NCBI GenBank assembly: GCA_964607485.1
Contig: CAZSKP010000021.1
Location: forward strand, 13,500 to 77,499
Length of the DNA stretch: 64,000 nucleotides
Direction: 5' to 3'
From: an uncultured bacterium
GTDB taxonomy: Bacteria; Abyssobacteria; SURF-5
This document shows positions 1 through 9,391 of the stretch, piece by piece; the stretch's first letter is position 1; each line of letters starts with the position of its first letter. The position numbers and the translations under genes are program-made. A model generated the notes under the pieces. That model searched no databases and was not told the DNA's origin. It saw only the letters and a program-made list of their open reading frames with translations.

Positions 1-51
1 GTGCCAACGCTCGTGACTCTGCACACTTTTCTCGAAGAAGAAATTTTTTTG

Positions 52-79
52 TTGACAAAACATTTTTAGCTGGTATGAT
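52..79 (+). promoter_or_regulatory. sigma70-type promoter for the response regulator
   Basis: TTGACA(52-57)-16 bp-TATGAT(74-79), with an extended TG at 71-72. Confidence 0.6.
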
Positions 80-129
80 AGCACTGTTTTTGTTCATTCG
101 AGGTTTGTTTCAGCTGCGCGGGAATCTCT

Positions 130-555
130 ATGAAGGCACGCCCCAAGAAGTGTCGTCGCTCCTCCGAGAAACAATCCGCACCCAAGAAAAAGATTCTCAT
201 CATCGATGCCGACCTCGTGATGACCGAGCTGTTGCGGAGTTATCTCGGACAAGAGAAGGGGTTCGAAGTATTGACGGCGGAGACGGGCGCCGATGGCATA
301 AGGACGGCAATAGAACACCAGCCCGATCTCATCCTGCTTGACTTTCGGCTCAGCGACATGAGAGGACTGGAGGTGCATGAAAGGCTGCGACAAAACTCGA
401 CCGCAAGGGAAACACCCGTAATCTACGTCTCCTATTTCCTCACCCTTCGCGCGATTGAAGAAGCGACAGGCAAAGGCGCCCGGGGATTCATCAGCAAACC
501 CTTCAACCTGTCGCAAATGTACACGAAAGTGGCAAACGTCCTCAGCTCCTCGTAG
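130..555 (+). CDS. single-domain response regulator (CheY-like receiver)
   Basis: KILIIDAD, DLILLD phosphoacceptor, PVIYVS and FISKPF receiver motifs. Confidence 0.9.
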   Translation: MKARPKKCRRSSEKQSAPKKKILIIDADLVMTELLRSYLGQEKGFEVLTAETGADGIRTAIEHQPDLILLDFRLSDMRGLEVHERLRQNSTARETPVIYVSYFLTLRAIEEATGKGARGFISKPFNLSQMYTKVANVLSSS

Positions 556-562
556 CCGCCCC

Positions 563-1225
563 CTAGATTTCGTTTTCGCCGAGCAGAGTTCCGACCGCGT
601 CCCTCCGTATCGCTATACCCTTCACGCATCTGCACTGCGAACAATCCGCACAACGCTCGACGCCAAGCGACATCGCCTGCGAGCGTCTGTCCTCTTTGTC
701 GCGTGAGTCGAGATGCAGTTGCGCGAGTCTCACGAAAACGTACGGCCCGCCGAAGCCGTCATCGTTCCAATCGAAATGGGGACAACTGGACATGCAGCCG
801 TAACATTCCAGGCACCCAATCAATCGCTTGTAGACTTCCGCGACGGGCATGGCGGCCAGAGGCTGCTCCACGCCGGGCGAGACATAGAGACGCAGCGTCG
901 AGATTCTCCGGTCGATGACCGACCTGTCCACGACAAGGTCTCTGATGGGCGGCAGGTTCTTCAGGGGAGAAATCCGCATTCCCTCCGTCGCCCGGGTGAG
1001 ACAGGCAAGGCGCGGGCTGCCATTTACATCGACCGCACACTCCCCGCACTTCGCCGAGCGGCACCCGTACCTGAACGCCAGCGTCGAATCGTAGTTCTCG
1101 AAGATGTGCAGGAGAGCCTGCAGCACGGTCGCGCCCTCTTCCAGCAGAACGGAGTAACTATGCCCGATGCATTTCGCTTGCTCCGGGTCATAACGCTCGA
1201 CGAACACGTTTCCGTCCTGCATCAC
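563..1225 (-). CDS. succinate dehydrogenase/fumarate reductase family iron-sulfur subunit (SdhB/FrdB-like)
   Basis: FRYGCRSAKCGEC...LAC 2Fe-2S motif, PIRDLVVD, CLECYGCMSSCP and CADCSQCRC; start placed at GTG 1225/ATG 1222 overlapping the upstream TGA, so the 372 aa ORF is over-extended. Confidence 0.85.
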   Translation of the reverse strand: MMQDGNVFVERYDPEQAKCIGHSYSVLLEEGATVLQALLHIFENYDSTLAFRYGCRSAKCGECAVDVNGSPRLACLTRATEGMRISPLKNLPPIRDLVVDRSVIDRRISTLRLYVSPGVEQPLAAMPVAEVYKRLIGCLECYGCMSSCPHFDWNDDGFGGPYVFVRLAQLHLDSRDKEDRRSQAMSLGVERCADCSQCRCVKGIAIRRDAVGTLLGENEI

Positions 1226-3045
1226 GCATCTTCTCCGAGATTCAAACGAGAGTCGAGAATTTTCGCCTGCGTTTTTCGTGGGAGCCGGCTGAGGATGAAG
1301 AATTGGAGTCTCTCGCGATTGGGGTTCGGTCCCCCTTTGGTGCCGAGACCGAATTTCGACAACGCGACAGGTTCGGCCCTGACAGACAGCGCGTCGCCGT
1401 CCATTCGCACTATGACGTTTTGCAGCCATCTCTTGTCGTCGCGTTTGGGATGGTCGAGCCTGACGTGCCCGCCCCGCGATTCCTCGCGCGCCTTCGCGCT
1501 GCGCGCGACGACCTCGGCGACGATGAGCATCTTCTCGAGTTCCAGCGCGTCGCTCCATTCGGGATTGCAGTCTCGCCGGCTCGACACGCTCACGTCGTCG
1601 CGCTGCGTCACTATCTCCGAAATCTCTTCGAGCGCACGGTCGAGCCGCGCTGCATCCCGGATGGGCCCGACGTTTTTCCACATCGCTCTCTGGAGTCTTC
1701 GCACGAGTTCGATCGGCCTGTGCGCGCCCGACCTTCCCAGCAGGCCTTCCGCGTGCGAGCGCGACTGCTCAGCCGTATCGAAATCTGCCGCCGGCTGCTT
1801 GCGGTTCGCCGCCGCCTCGGCCGCGGCCTTGCCCGCGAGGCTTCCGAAGATAAACAGTTCTGCCAGAGACGTGGAGCCGATGCGGTTCGCTCCGTAGAGT
1901 CCGCCCTGCGCCTCGCCGACGGCGAAGAGGTTGTCAACGCCCTGCACTCGGCAATCGGTATCGACTCTCACTCCGCCCAATTGGTAGTGGCCCGTCGGAA
2001 AGACGTCCCAGGGAACCTGCCCGCGAGCGGCCTCCTCGCCGTACGCACGCCTGACGACCTCTGTCATCGACGGAAGCGTCCGCTTGAGGAATTCAAACAT
2101 CTTAGCCCCGATGATTCCCCGAAAATTCGGCGACAGGTCGAGCAGCATGCCCCCGTGTTCGGTGGCGCGGCCGCGTTCTTTTGCGAGCGACATCGCCGCC
2201 GCGACCCTCGCGCGGGTCATCGTCCGAATGCGGGGCAGTACTTCCTTGCCTTTCGCGTCCAGAAGTTTGCCGTAGGGTCCGGCGATGGCGGGCTCGCCGC
2301 AGACGATGCCGATCATCGAGGCGGGGTGGGTGAGTGCGAAGGGGATGAATTGCTGGTGCTCCATGTCGGTGAGCTCGGCGCCGGCCTCGAGCGCGAGCGC
2401 GTAGCCGTCGCCCGTGAGCGCGCGCGAGTTGCTCGTGTGCGGATAGAAAATCCAGCCAAGCCCGCCCGCGGCGAGAATCGTCTGCTTCGCCGCGATGGCC
2501 ACCATCTCGCCTGTGAGCCACCTGAGACAGAGCGCCCCTTCGACGGCTCGCCCGTTTCGGAGCAACTTCACGGCGAGCGTCTCGTCGAGCACATCAACTC
2601 CTGCGCGGGCGGCGGCCGCCCTGAGGGCAGTGCCGATAGGAATCGCCTCGGAGTAACCCGGCTGGGTGCGCGGCAGGCTGTGTCCGCCCAGCGGGGCGGG
2701 CAGGGGAGCCAATTCGCCGGAAGGTTTTCGGGCGAAGATAATGCCGAACCGTTCCATCAGCTCGGTGGCAAGGTGGGCGCGCTCGCAGTATTTCTCGACG
2801 AGCGTTTGATCGTTCAGGAATCCGCCTCCGACGATGATGTCGCGCATGAGGGCATCGGGGGAGTCCTTCGGCGAGATGTTCGGCCGCAGCACCAGTCCGG
2901 CGGCGATGCGGGTGTTGCCGCAGCCGTAGGGTCCCTTTGAGATAATCAGGGCGTTCGCACCCGCCTCGGCGGCCGCGACGGCGGCCACGATTCCGGCCCC
3001 GCCGGCGCCGATGCAGAGGACGTCGCATTCGATACGCCTGACCAT
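1222..3045 (-). CDS. SdhA/FrdA/TfrA-family FAD-binding flavoprotein subunit, substrate uncertain
   Basis: GAGGAG dinucleotide fold, LAAGG, TGDG, PTGHYQLGG, GANRIG, REESRGGH. Confidence 0.9.
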   Translation of the reverse strand: MVRRIECDVLCIGAGGAGIVAAVAAAEAGANALIISKGPYGCGNTRIAAGLVLRPNISPKDSPDALMRDIIVGGGFLNDQTLVEKYCERAHLATELMERFGIIFARKPSGELAPLPAPLGGHSLPRTQPGYSEAIPIGTALRAAAARAGVDVLDETLAVKLLRNGRAVEGALCLRWLTGEMVAIAAKQTILAAGGLGWIFYPHTSNSRALTGDGYALALEAGAELTDMEHQQFIPFALTHPASMIGIVCGEPAIAGPYGKLLDAKGKEVLPRIRTMTRARVAAAMSLAKERGRATEHGGMLLDLSPNFRGIIGAKMFEFLKRTLPSMTEVVRRAYGEEAARGQVPWDVFPTGHYQLGGVRVDTDCRVQGVDNLFAVGEAQGGLYGANRIGSTSLAELFIFGSLAGKAAAEAAANRKQPAADFDTAEQSRSHAEGLLGRSGAHRPIELVRRLQRAMWKNVGPIRDAARLDRALEEISEIVTQRDDVSVSSRRDCNPEWSDALELEKMLIVAEVVARSAKAREESRGGHVRLDHPKRDDKRWLQNVIVRMDGDALSVRAEPVALSKFGLGTKGGPNPNRERLQFFILSRLPRKTQAKILDSRLNLGEDA

Positions 3046-3052
3046 TGACGCG

Positions 3053-3394
3053 CTATTCTATCTCTATTTCCTTGACGGCGAGCTCCATCCCTTCAATCAC
3101 ATCCACGTCTTTCGATTCACATTCGGGACAGAGGAACTCGTAGTTCTGCACCATGAAAACGTGTTCGCAGGCTTTGCATCCCGCCTTGATGGGCACGCGC
3201 TCGACTTCAAGCGCCGCCCCCTCGGCGGGAGTGTCCTTCGTGACGAAGCCGAAGAAGAACGAAAGCTGGTCGGGCACTATGCCTCGAAGCTCGCCCGCGC
3301 GTATGCGGACCGTCCGGATTTTTGTCGCGCCGTTTCGCTGGGCCTCGGCGAGCACGATTCTCAGAATGCTTTGCGCTACCGACATCTCATGCAT
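3053..3394 (-). CDS. hypA: nickel metallochaperone HypA
   Basis: N-terminal MHE Ni site, CKAC and CPEC Zn finger, GMELAVKEIEIE end. Confidence 0.95.
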   Translation of the reverse strand: MHEMSVAQSILRIVLAEAQRNGATKIRTVRIRAGELRGIVPDQLSFFFGFVTKDTPAEGAALEVERVPIKAGCKACEHVFMVQNYEFLCPECESKDVDVIEGMELAVKEIEIE

Positions 3395-3413
3395 GAAACA
3401 CTCGCCCTCGGCG

Positions 3414-4481
3414 CTACATCTTTCCCTTTTCCTGCATTATCGAACTCATCAGGTCGCGGAAGTTGCGTTTCGGCTCGGCGAGCTCTTCCCTTCTTCTCAT
3501 CGATAGAGACTCCGTCGGGCACACCATGTTGCACAGCCCGCAGCCGAGACATTTCTCCGGATCGACTTCGGCGACCTCGTTGACCGTGAGCGCGCCGAAA
3601 TGGCACCTCTCGACGCACGCTTCGCACGCGGAGCACGTGTCGTAATCTATCTCGACGACGAAATGCGACGTGGCGACCGCGTGGGGCTTGTGCAGCCGTG
3701 TTATTCCACCCAGGATGCCGCAGCAACATCCGCAGCAGTTGCAGATGAAGTTGACGTGCTTCTGGGTGTTGTCGGAAAGATGCACGAGGCCTTCCTTTTC
3801 TGCCGTGTCGAGGACCCTGTAGGCCTCTTCCTTCGTAATCCTGCGGCCGAAGCCTCGTTCGACGACGTACCTTGCGAACGGGCCGAACTGGAGGCAGACG
3901 TCCTTCGGCCTGCCGCACGACTTGCCCAGCAGCTCCATCTCATGCCGGCAGTAGCACACCGAGAGCGCAAGCTCGTCCGCGTCCTGGATGAATTCCGAGA
4001 CGCGCTCGTACGGAAACACCTCGACGCCGCTGGGTATCTCTTTCTCCATGACGACGACGCGCGCCATCTGCGTTCTTGACGCAAAGAGGTCTTCGGCCCA
4101 GCCGGAGTGCCACATCGCATCGAAGAGGCCCGCCAGCTTCTTCGTTCTGTCGTTCACCTCGCCCTTCATAAACTGAAGCTCGAAGATGCCGGGCACGAGC
4201 GGGAACAGACTGTAGTAGTCCACCCCATCCTGCTTCCGGTGATAGGCAAGGCCCTTGTTGGCCATCGACTCGAGGATGGGCTTGAGCTCCGCCTCGTCGC
4301 GTCCGAGCGTCTCGCAGATGGAAGCGAGCGGGGAGGGGAGTATGGGCATGTCGGCCCCCACCTTTGCCTCGTCATCTGTGAAGAGTGTCTTCAGCAGCTT
4401 GACAAATTCCTCCGTCTTCGGTGCGCCGGCGGGGAATTGGTTAAGCTTGTCGATGAGTTGTTCATACACGTTTGCAGCCAC
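3414..4481 (-). CDS. Cys-rich 4Fe-4S dicluster protein with N-terminal wHTH-like region
   Basis: CYCR..C..C, GLVH, CNCCGCCC, then two ferredoxin motifs CSACEACVERC and CLGCGLCNMVCP. Confidence 0.85.
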   Translation of the reverse strand: MAANVYEQLIDKLNQFPAGAPKTEEFVKLLKTLFTDDEAKVGADMPILPSPLASICETLGRDEAELKPILESMANKGLAYHRKQDGVDYYSLFPLVPGIFELQFMKGEVNDRTKKLAGLFDAMWHSGWAEDLFASRTQMARVVVMEKEIPSGVEVFPYERVSEFIQDADELALSVCYCRHEMELLGKSCGRPKDVCLQFGPFARYVVERGFGRRITKEEAYRVLDTAEKEGLVHLSDNTQKHVNFICNCCGCCCGILGGITRLHKPHAVATSHFVVEIDYDTCSACEACVERCHFGALTVNEVAEVDPEKCLGCGLCNMVCPTESLSMRRREELAEPKRNFRDLMSSIMQEKGKM

Positions 4482-4524
4482 TGTTACCTCCTCTGAAGCT
4501 CCTCGCTGTTGCGTTTTCTCTTTG

Positions 4525-5211
4525 TTACTTCTTTCGGCCTTTCTTTGTTTGTTTCCCGCGCTTTGCTGCCAATTCTTTTGTCAACCATTCGAGCCACGCA
4601 TCGAGTCCTTCGCACGTGGTGCAGGACATCGGGAATATCGCCAGCTTCGGATTAATCTTCGAGGCATTCGTTCTGGCCTCGTCCATCTTGAAGTTCGTGT
4701 AGGGAAGAAGGTCCACCTTGTTGATGAGCATCGCGGAAGATTCGCGGAACATGAGCGGATATTTCAAGGGCTTCTCGTCGCCTTCGGTCACACTGAGCAT
4801 CATCACCTTGTGGTCCTCGCCGACCTTGAATTCGGCAGGGCAGACGAGATTGCCGACGTTTTCTATGATGAGGATGTCGATAGTCGAGCAATCGAGGTTT
4901 CCGAGCGCGCCTCTTACCATGTTGGCGTCGAGATGGCACGCGCTGCCGGTATTTATCTGGACGATGGGGACGTCGAATCCCTGAAGGCGGTCGGCGTCGC
5001 GGGTCGTTTCGATGTCACCCTCCACGATGCCCACGCGCACGCCTTGCGGCTTGAGTTTTTCGATGGTGCGTTCGAGCAGCGTCGTCTTGCCGGCTCCAGG
5101 CGAACTCATCAGGTTTATGGCAAGCACCTTGTTCGCGTCCAGCGTAGCCCGGATTTCCTCGGCGATTACATCGTTTGCTTTCAGAATGTTGTCGAGAACG
5201 GTTATCTTCAT
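4525..5211 (-). CDS. hypB: nickel incorporation GTPase HypB
   Basis: SSPGAGKTT P-loop, GSACH, ENVGNLVCPA, KPLKYP, NKVD. Confidence 0.95.
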   Translation of the reverse strand: MKITVLDNILKANDVIAEEIRATLDANKVLAINLMSSPGAGKTTLLERTIEKLKPQGVRVGIVEGDIETTRDADRLQGFDVPIVQINTGSACHLDANMVRGALGNLDCSTIDILIIENVGNLVCPAEFKVGEDHKVMMLSVTEGDEKPLKYPLMFRESSAMLINKVDLLPYTNFKMDEARTNASKINPKLAIFPMSCTTCEGLDAWLEWLTKELAAKRGKQTKKGRKK

Positions 5212-5233
5212 TTTCGTAAACTCCGCGTTGTTA

Positions 5234-6388
5234 TCATGTGAAGGCGCCTATGCCCGTGGCGAACCTGCCGATTACCAGCTTCAATATCTGGCTGGTTCCC
5301 TCGTACAGGCTGGCGACGCGCGCGTCGCGCATGTATCGCTCGACCGGATACTCGTTGGAGTAGCCGTAGCCGCCAAAGACCTGGATGGCTCGGTTGCCAC
5401 ACCTGAGCGCCGCCTCGGATGCGTAGAGCTTTGCGATGGAGGTCTCGCGCGTGTTTCCCTCGCCCTTGTTCTTCAGGTGTCCGGCCTGGAAAACAAGCAA
5501 CCGAGCGGCCTCGGTGTCGACGACCATGTCGGCGATCAGCTCCTGCACGAGCTGGAAGCCCGCGATGGGCCGTCCGAACGCCGTCCGTTCCTGCGAATAT
5601 TTCACGCTCGCGTCGATGCAGGCCTGGCAGATGCCCACGCAGCCCGCGGCGACGCTGTACCGCCCGTTGTCGAGCGCGCTCATGGCGACCTTGAAACCTT
5701 CGCCGACTTTGCCCAGCAGCGAGTCGTCGCTCACCTTCACGTCCTCAAGCGTGAGCGAGGAAGTGTCGGACGACTTGAGCCCCAGCTTGCCGTGTATCGG
5801 CTGCGACGAGAAGCCATCCGTGTCCGTATCGACCAGAAACGCGGCGATGCCCTTGTGCTTCAGTTTCTTGTCGGTCTGGGCGAAGATGATGGCGAGCTTT
5901 GCGACGCCGCCGTTGGATATCCACATCTTGTTTCCGTTCAGCACCCACTCGGCGCCTTTCTTCTTCGCCGAGGTGGAAAGGTTGGCGGCATCGCTTCCGG
6001 CGTCGGGCTCCGTGAGCCCGAAGCATCCGATAATCTCGCCGGAGGAGAGCTTCGGCAGGTATTTCTTCTTCTGCTCTTCGGTTCCCCATTTGAGTATGGT
6101 GAGCGCGACAAGCGAGGAGGTGACCGAGAGAACGGTGCGCACGGACGAGCAGGCGCGGCCGATTTCCTCGGTCACGAGGGCGTATGAAATGAAGTCCATG
6201 CCCGCACCGCCGTATTTTTCGGGTATCGCCGCGCCGAGGAATCCGAGGTCGCCCATCTTCTTGACGATCTCGGCGGGAAATCTTTCCTGCTCATCGTTCT
6301 CGCGCGCGACGGGCACTATTTCCTTTTCTGCGAAATCCCTCGCGGTTTGTCGCGCCGCCCTTTGTTCATCCGTCAACTCGATGTGCAT
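5234..6388 (-). CDS. acyl-CoA dehydrogenase
   Basis: FGLTEPDAGSD, LNGNKMWISNG, FGGYGY, LYEGTSQI; ATG 6388 has an AAGGA RBS. Confidence 0.95.
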   Translation of the reverse strand: MHIELTDEQRAARQTARDFAEKEIVPVARENDEQERFPAEIVKKMGDLGFLGAAIPEKYGGAGMDFISYALVTEEIGRACSSVRTVLSVTSSLVALTILKWGTEEQKKKYLPKLSSGEIIGCFGLTEPDAGSDAANLSTSAKKKGAEWVLNGNKMWISNGGVAKLAIIFAQTDKKLKHKGIAAFLVDTDTDGFSSQPIHGKLGLKSSDTSSLTLEDVKVSDDSLLGKVGEGFKVAMSALDNGRYSVAAGCVGICQACIDASVKYSQERTAFGRPIAGFQLVQELIADMVVDTEAARLLVFQAGHLKNKGEGNTRETSIAKLYASEAALRCGNRAIQVFGGYGYSNEYPVERYMRDARVASLYEGTSQILKLVIGRFATGIGAFT

Positions 6389-6435
6389 AGACAATTCCTT
6401 TCGTTGAGCGAATCGGGTCCTGCTCTGAGAGCTCG

Positions 6436-7842
6436 CTACCTGACGAGGAGTTTATCCACTATTCGCGTGAGCTGCCGGGCGTTGCGGCATTCATGAACTT
6501 CGTCACAATATGGCATGTACTCATACATAACGCTATCGCCCAGCCGCCAGGCCGGACGCGCCTCGGGGTTCAGCCATATGACGCGTTTCGCCTTCTCGGT
6601 CATGTCCTTGAACGCCCACACGCGGGGGTCGTTGCGATTGTTGCGCGCATCGCCCATTATAATCAACGTCGTCCTGGACGTGACGGACTCGAGAAACTCG
6701 TTGCGGAACCGGTGAAACGCGTAGCCGAAATTGCTGTGGCCGTTGTAATCGACGAGCCGCGAATGAAGCGCGAGCTCCAGCGCGGCGTTTATCTCATGTT
6801 CGGAGAACAACCGAGTGACCTCTCCGATTTCCGTCACGAACACGAACGTGCGGACCTTCGAGAAAAGCTCCTGAAGCGTGTACAGGAATTGGAGCATGAA
6901 GCGTGCGGCGTAGCTTACGGAATCCGAGATGTCGCAGAGCGCGAAAATCTGCGGCTTTTCCCGCCGCCGGTTCTTGTAGCAGAGCTCCATCGGGACTCCG
7001 CCGTACTGCATATTTTGCCGGATGACGCGCTTCACGTCTATCCGGCCGCGGGGCCTGCGCTTGTTGCGGAGCACGAGCCGGTCCTTCATTTTCCTGGCAA
7101 GCCGGGCGACGATATCCCGCATCAGTTCCATCTCACGCCTGGAGAGCTGATAGAAATTCTTGTTGAGGAGCTCCTCCTCCCTCAATCGCTCCATGTTGCT
7201 GAGCATATTCTTTTCGAGCTCGCGGCGCACGAATTCCCTGATGGCCTCAAACACACGCTGTATGCGTTGCTCGATAAATTGAATGAGCCTATCCACCTCC
7301 TCGGGCGAATAGCCCTGTCCGAGGAGTTCCTGCCTGAGTTTTTCGATCTCCTCGGCAAACAAATTCCAGCCGAGGCTGTCACGGATTTTCCTTGAAAAGA
7401 AGCCGACCTGCAGGGGATTGCTTATCTCGCTCAGGCCGGCAGCCATTCCCTGCTCCATCATTGTCATCTGAAAATCGCCTCCGAGCTGCCACTGGAACAG
7501 ATTGGCGAGATTCTCGAAGAGTTCGCGGTTTTCTTCGAGGAACGAATCGAGGAACTCCTGCATCGTGACCGAGCCGAACGGAAACAAGCCCAGGTCGGTT
7601 TCGTCGTCCTCGCCGGCGGGCGGTTTCGAAAGTGAGGTGAAGTAGAGTTCGAAAAGCTTTTCGAATATGGGAATGTCGGCGGATTTCTTCACGAGCGTGG
7701 AGCGCAGCGCGGCCTTGAACGTCGGCTTGTGCTCCAGCCCAAGTATTTCCAAGGCGCGGAAGCAGTCGATGTTCTCTGAGAGCGCCACTCTCACGCCTGA
7801 ACTGCGGAGAGCGTCGATGAATTCCAGAATTTTTTCGTCCAT
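6436..7842 (-). CDS. VWA domain protein, CoxE-like
   Basis: MIDAS motif CDISDS, GDARNN, WLNPE, ECRNARQL. Confidence 0.9.
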   Translation of the reverse strand: MDEKILEFIDALRSSGVRVALSENIDCFRALEILGLEHKPTFKAALRSTLVKKSADIPIFEKLFELYFTSLSKPPAGEDDETDLGLFPFGSVTMQEFLDSFLEENRELFENLANLFQWQLGGDFQMTMMEQGMAAGLSEISNPLQVGFFSRKIRDSLGWNLFAEEIEKLRQELLGQGYSPEEVDRLIQFIEQRIQRVFEAIREFVRRELEKNMLSNMERLREEELLNKNFYQLSRREMELMRDIVARLARKMKDRLVLRNKRRPRGRIDVKRVIRQNMQYGGVPMELCYKNRRREKPQIFALCDISDSVSYAARFMLQFLYTLQELFSKVRTFVFVTEIGEVTRLFSEHEINAALELALHSRLVDYNGHSNFGYAFHRFRNEFLESVTSRTTLIIMGDARNNRNDPRVWAFKDMTEKAKRVIWLNPEARPAWRLGDSVMYEYMPYCDEVHECRNARQLTRIVDKLLVR

Positions 7843-7855
7843 AGAGCGGGTCGCG

Positions 7856-8782
7856 TCAGTTGAGTTTTTCGTCCGCGGCTGAGAGCAAGCTCTGCAGATT
7901 GGACCTGACCTTTTTTATGTCTCCCTCGTACTTCAGAAACAGGTTGAGCGTGGACTTCACCGTTTCCTCGTCGAGCGTGTCGATGTTCAGGATGGTAAGC
8001 GCGCGAGCCCAGTCGAGCGTTTCGCTGATGCTCGGAAGCTTCTTCAGGTCCACCTTGCGCACTTTCTGTATCACGTCGATCACCCGGGTTGCGAGCGTCT
8101 GGCTTATGCCGGGAACCTTGAGCCTCACAATCTCGGTCTCCTGCTCGGCCGACGGAAAATCGATGAACAGGTGCAGGCAGCGTCTCTTGAGTGCGTCGGT
8201 CATCTCACGAGTGTTGTTGCTCGTGAGAACGACGTGGGGGATGTGTTTCGCCTTGAGGGTGCCCAGCTCCGGTACGCTGACCTGAAAGTCGCTGAGCACC
8301 TCGAGGAGGAACGCCTCGAACTCCGGGTCGGCCTTGTCAACCTCGTCGATGAGAAGGACCGCCCTTTCTTCGGAGAGGATGGCTCGAAGCAGGGGGCGGG
8401 GGAGTATGAACTCTTCCGAGAAGAAGACGTCCTCCTGTTTATCTATCTTATCGACGGCCTCGCTCAGGCTCTTGCAGTCGCTCAGCACCTCATTGATTTT
8501 TTCCTTGAGTATCTGCGTGTAGAGAAGCTGTTTGGCATATTCCCACTCGTACAGCGCCTTGCTCTCATCCAGCCCCTCGTAACACTGCATCCGAATCAGC
8601 CTCATGCCCGTCGCCTGAGCCCACACGCCGGCAAGGCTCGTTTTCCCCACGCCGGCGGGACCTTCGACGAGGATCGGCTTTTGCATCCGCTCCGCGAGGT
8701 AGACGACGGTCGAGATTTCCTTGCTGCAGATGTAGTCCTGCTTCTTGAATTCTCGGGCGATTTCCTCTATCGAACCGAACAT
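7856..8782 (-). CDS. MoxR-family AAA+ ATPase, CoxD-like
   Basis: EGPAGVGKT, QCYEGLDE, LLIDEVDK, DALKRRC, PSISETLDW. Confidence 0.93.
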   Translation of the reverse strand: MFGSIEEIAREFKKQDYICSKEISTVVYLAERMQKPILVEGPAGVGKTSLAGVWAQATGMRLIRMQCYEGLDESKALYEWEYAKQLLYTQILKEKINEVLSDCKSLSEAVDKIDKQEDVFFSEEFILPRPLLRAILSEERAVLLIDEVDKADPEFEAFLLEVLSDFQVSVPELGTLKAKHIPHVVLTSNNTREMTDALKRRCLHLFIDFPSAEQETEIVRLKVPGISQTLATRVIDVIQKVRKVDLKKLPSISETLDWARALTILNIDTLDEETVKSTLNLFLKYEGDIKKVRSNLQSLLSAADEKLN

Positions 8783-8786
8783 GCCA

Positions 8787-9380
8787 TCAGCCCTTCTTTC
8801 TGGTTGTTTTGCTCCTGGTCGAATTCTTCTTGAGCTCGCTTGCGAGCAGATCGTTTGCCCATTCGATTCTGAGTCTTTGTGTTGCGATACCGAAGTCCAC
8901 GATCTTTAGCTTATACGAGTTCAGCCCGCGTTCGCGCATTTCCTCGCGCAACTGTTCGTACTCCGTTACCTTCTGCTCTGCTCCCTCTATCTGACGCCTG
9001 AGCTTGGCCAATCGTTCGCGTTTCGGGAGATGCTCGAAGAAATTGCACTTCATGAGGAAGCTGTACTGCATGAAGAAGTCGCACTTGACCGGGTCGATTT
9101 CGTCCTCGGAGCCTTTGAGCCAATGAAAAAACTCCTCGCGGCCGCGGTCGGTGATATGGTAGAGGTTCTTGTTCGGGGATTTCTGCTGGCGGACGGTTTC
9201 CTTGCGGACGAGCTTCTCCTTCTCAAGCTGGGTCAGCACGGGATAAAGCTGTCCGTCGTTGAGACCGTTCCTGGCGACGAAGGGCGCAAATATCTTCTTT
9301 ATCCGATACCCGTGCGCCGGGCACTGCATCAACACCCCGAGGATGGCGTGCTTCGTGCTCATTTTCGGTCGGAATTTCAT
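8787..9380 (-). CDS. PadR-family transcriptional regulator
   Basis: HAILGVL..HGYRI..GQLYPVLTQLEKE..YHITDRG; alternative start at 9362. Confidence 0.9.
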   Translation of the reverse strand: MKFRPKMSTKHAILGVLMQCPAHGYRIKKIFAPFVARNGLNDGQLYPVLTQLEKEKLVRKETVRQQKSPNKNLYHITDRGREEFFHWLKGSEDEIDPVKCDFFMQYSFLMKCNFFEHLPKRERLAKLRRQIEGAEQKVTEYEQLREEMRERGLNSYKLKIVDFGIATQRLRIEWANDLLASELKKNSTRSKTTRKKG

Positions 9381-9391
9381 GAAAGGCGCTC

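Noticed and set aside
1226-1681. N-terminal extension of the 372 aa Fe-S subunit ORF
   Set aside because: It overlaps the flavoprotein gene in another frame and is Arg-rich nonsense; the real start is at 1225/1222
713-2940. Long plus-strand ORFs (394 and 545 aa) and similar long antisense ORFs elsewhere (e.g. 16217-17662, 46367-47686, 47945-49666)
   Set aside because: They are shadows of well-supported genes on the opposite strand, expected in high-GC DNA, and carry no recognisable motifs
3053-5211. Calling this a hydrogenase locus
   Set aside because: No hydrogenase structural genes or hypCDEF are present in the window
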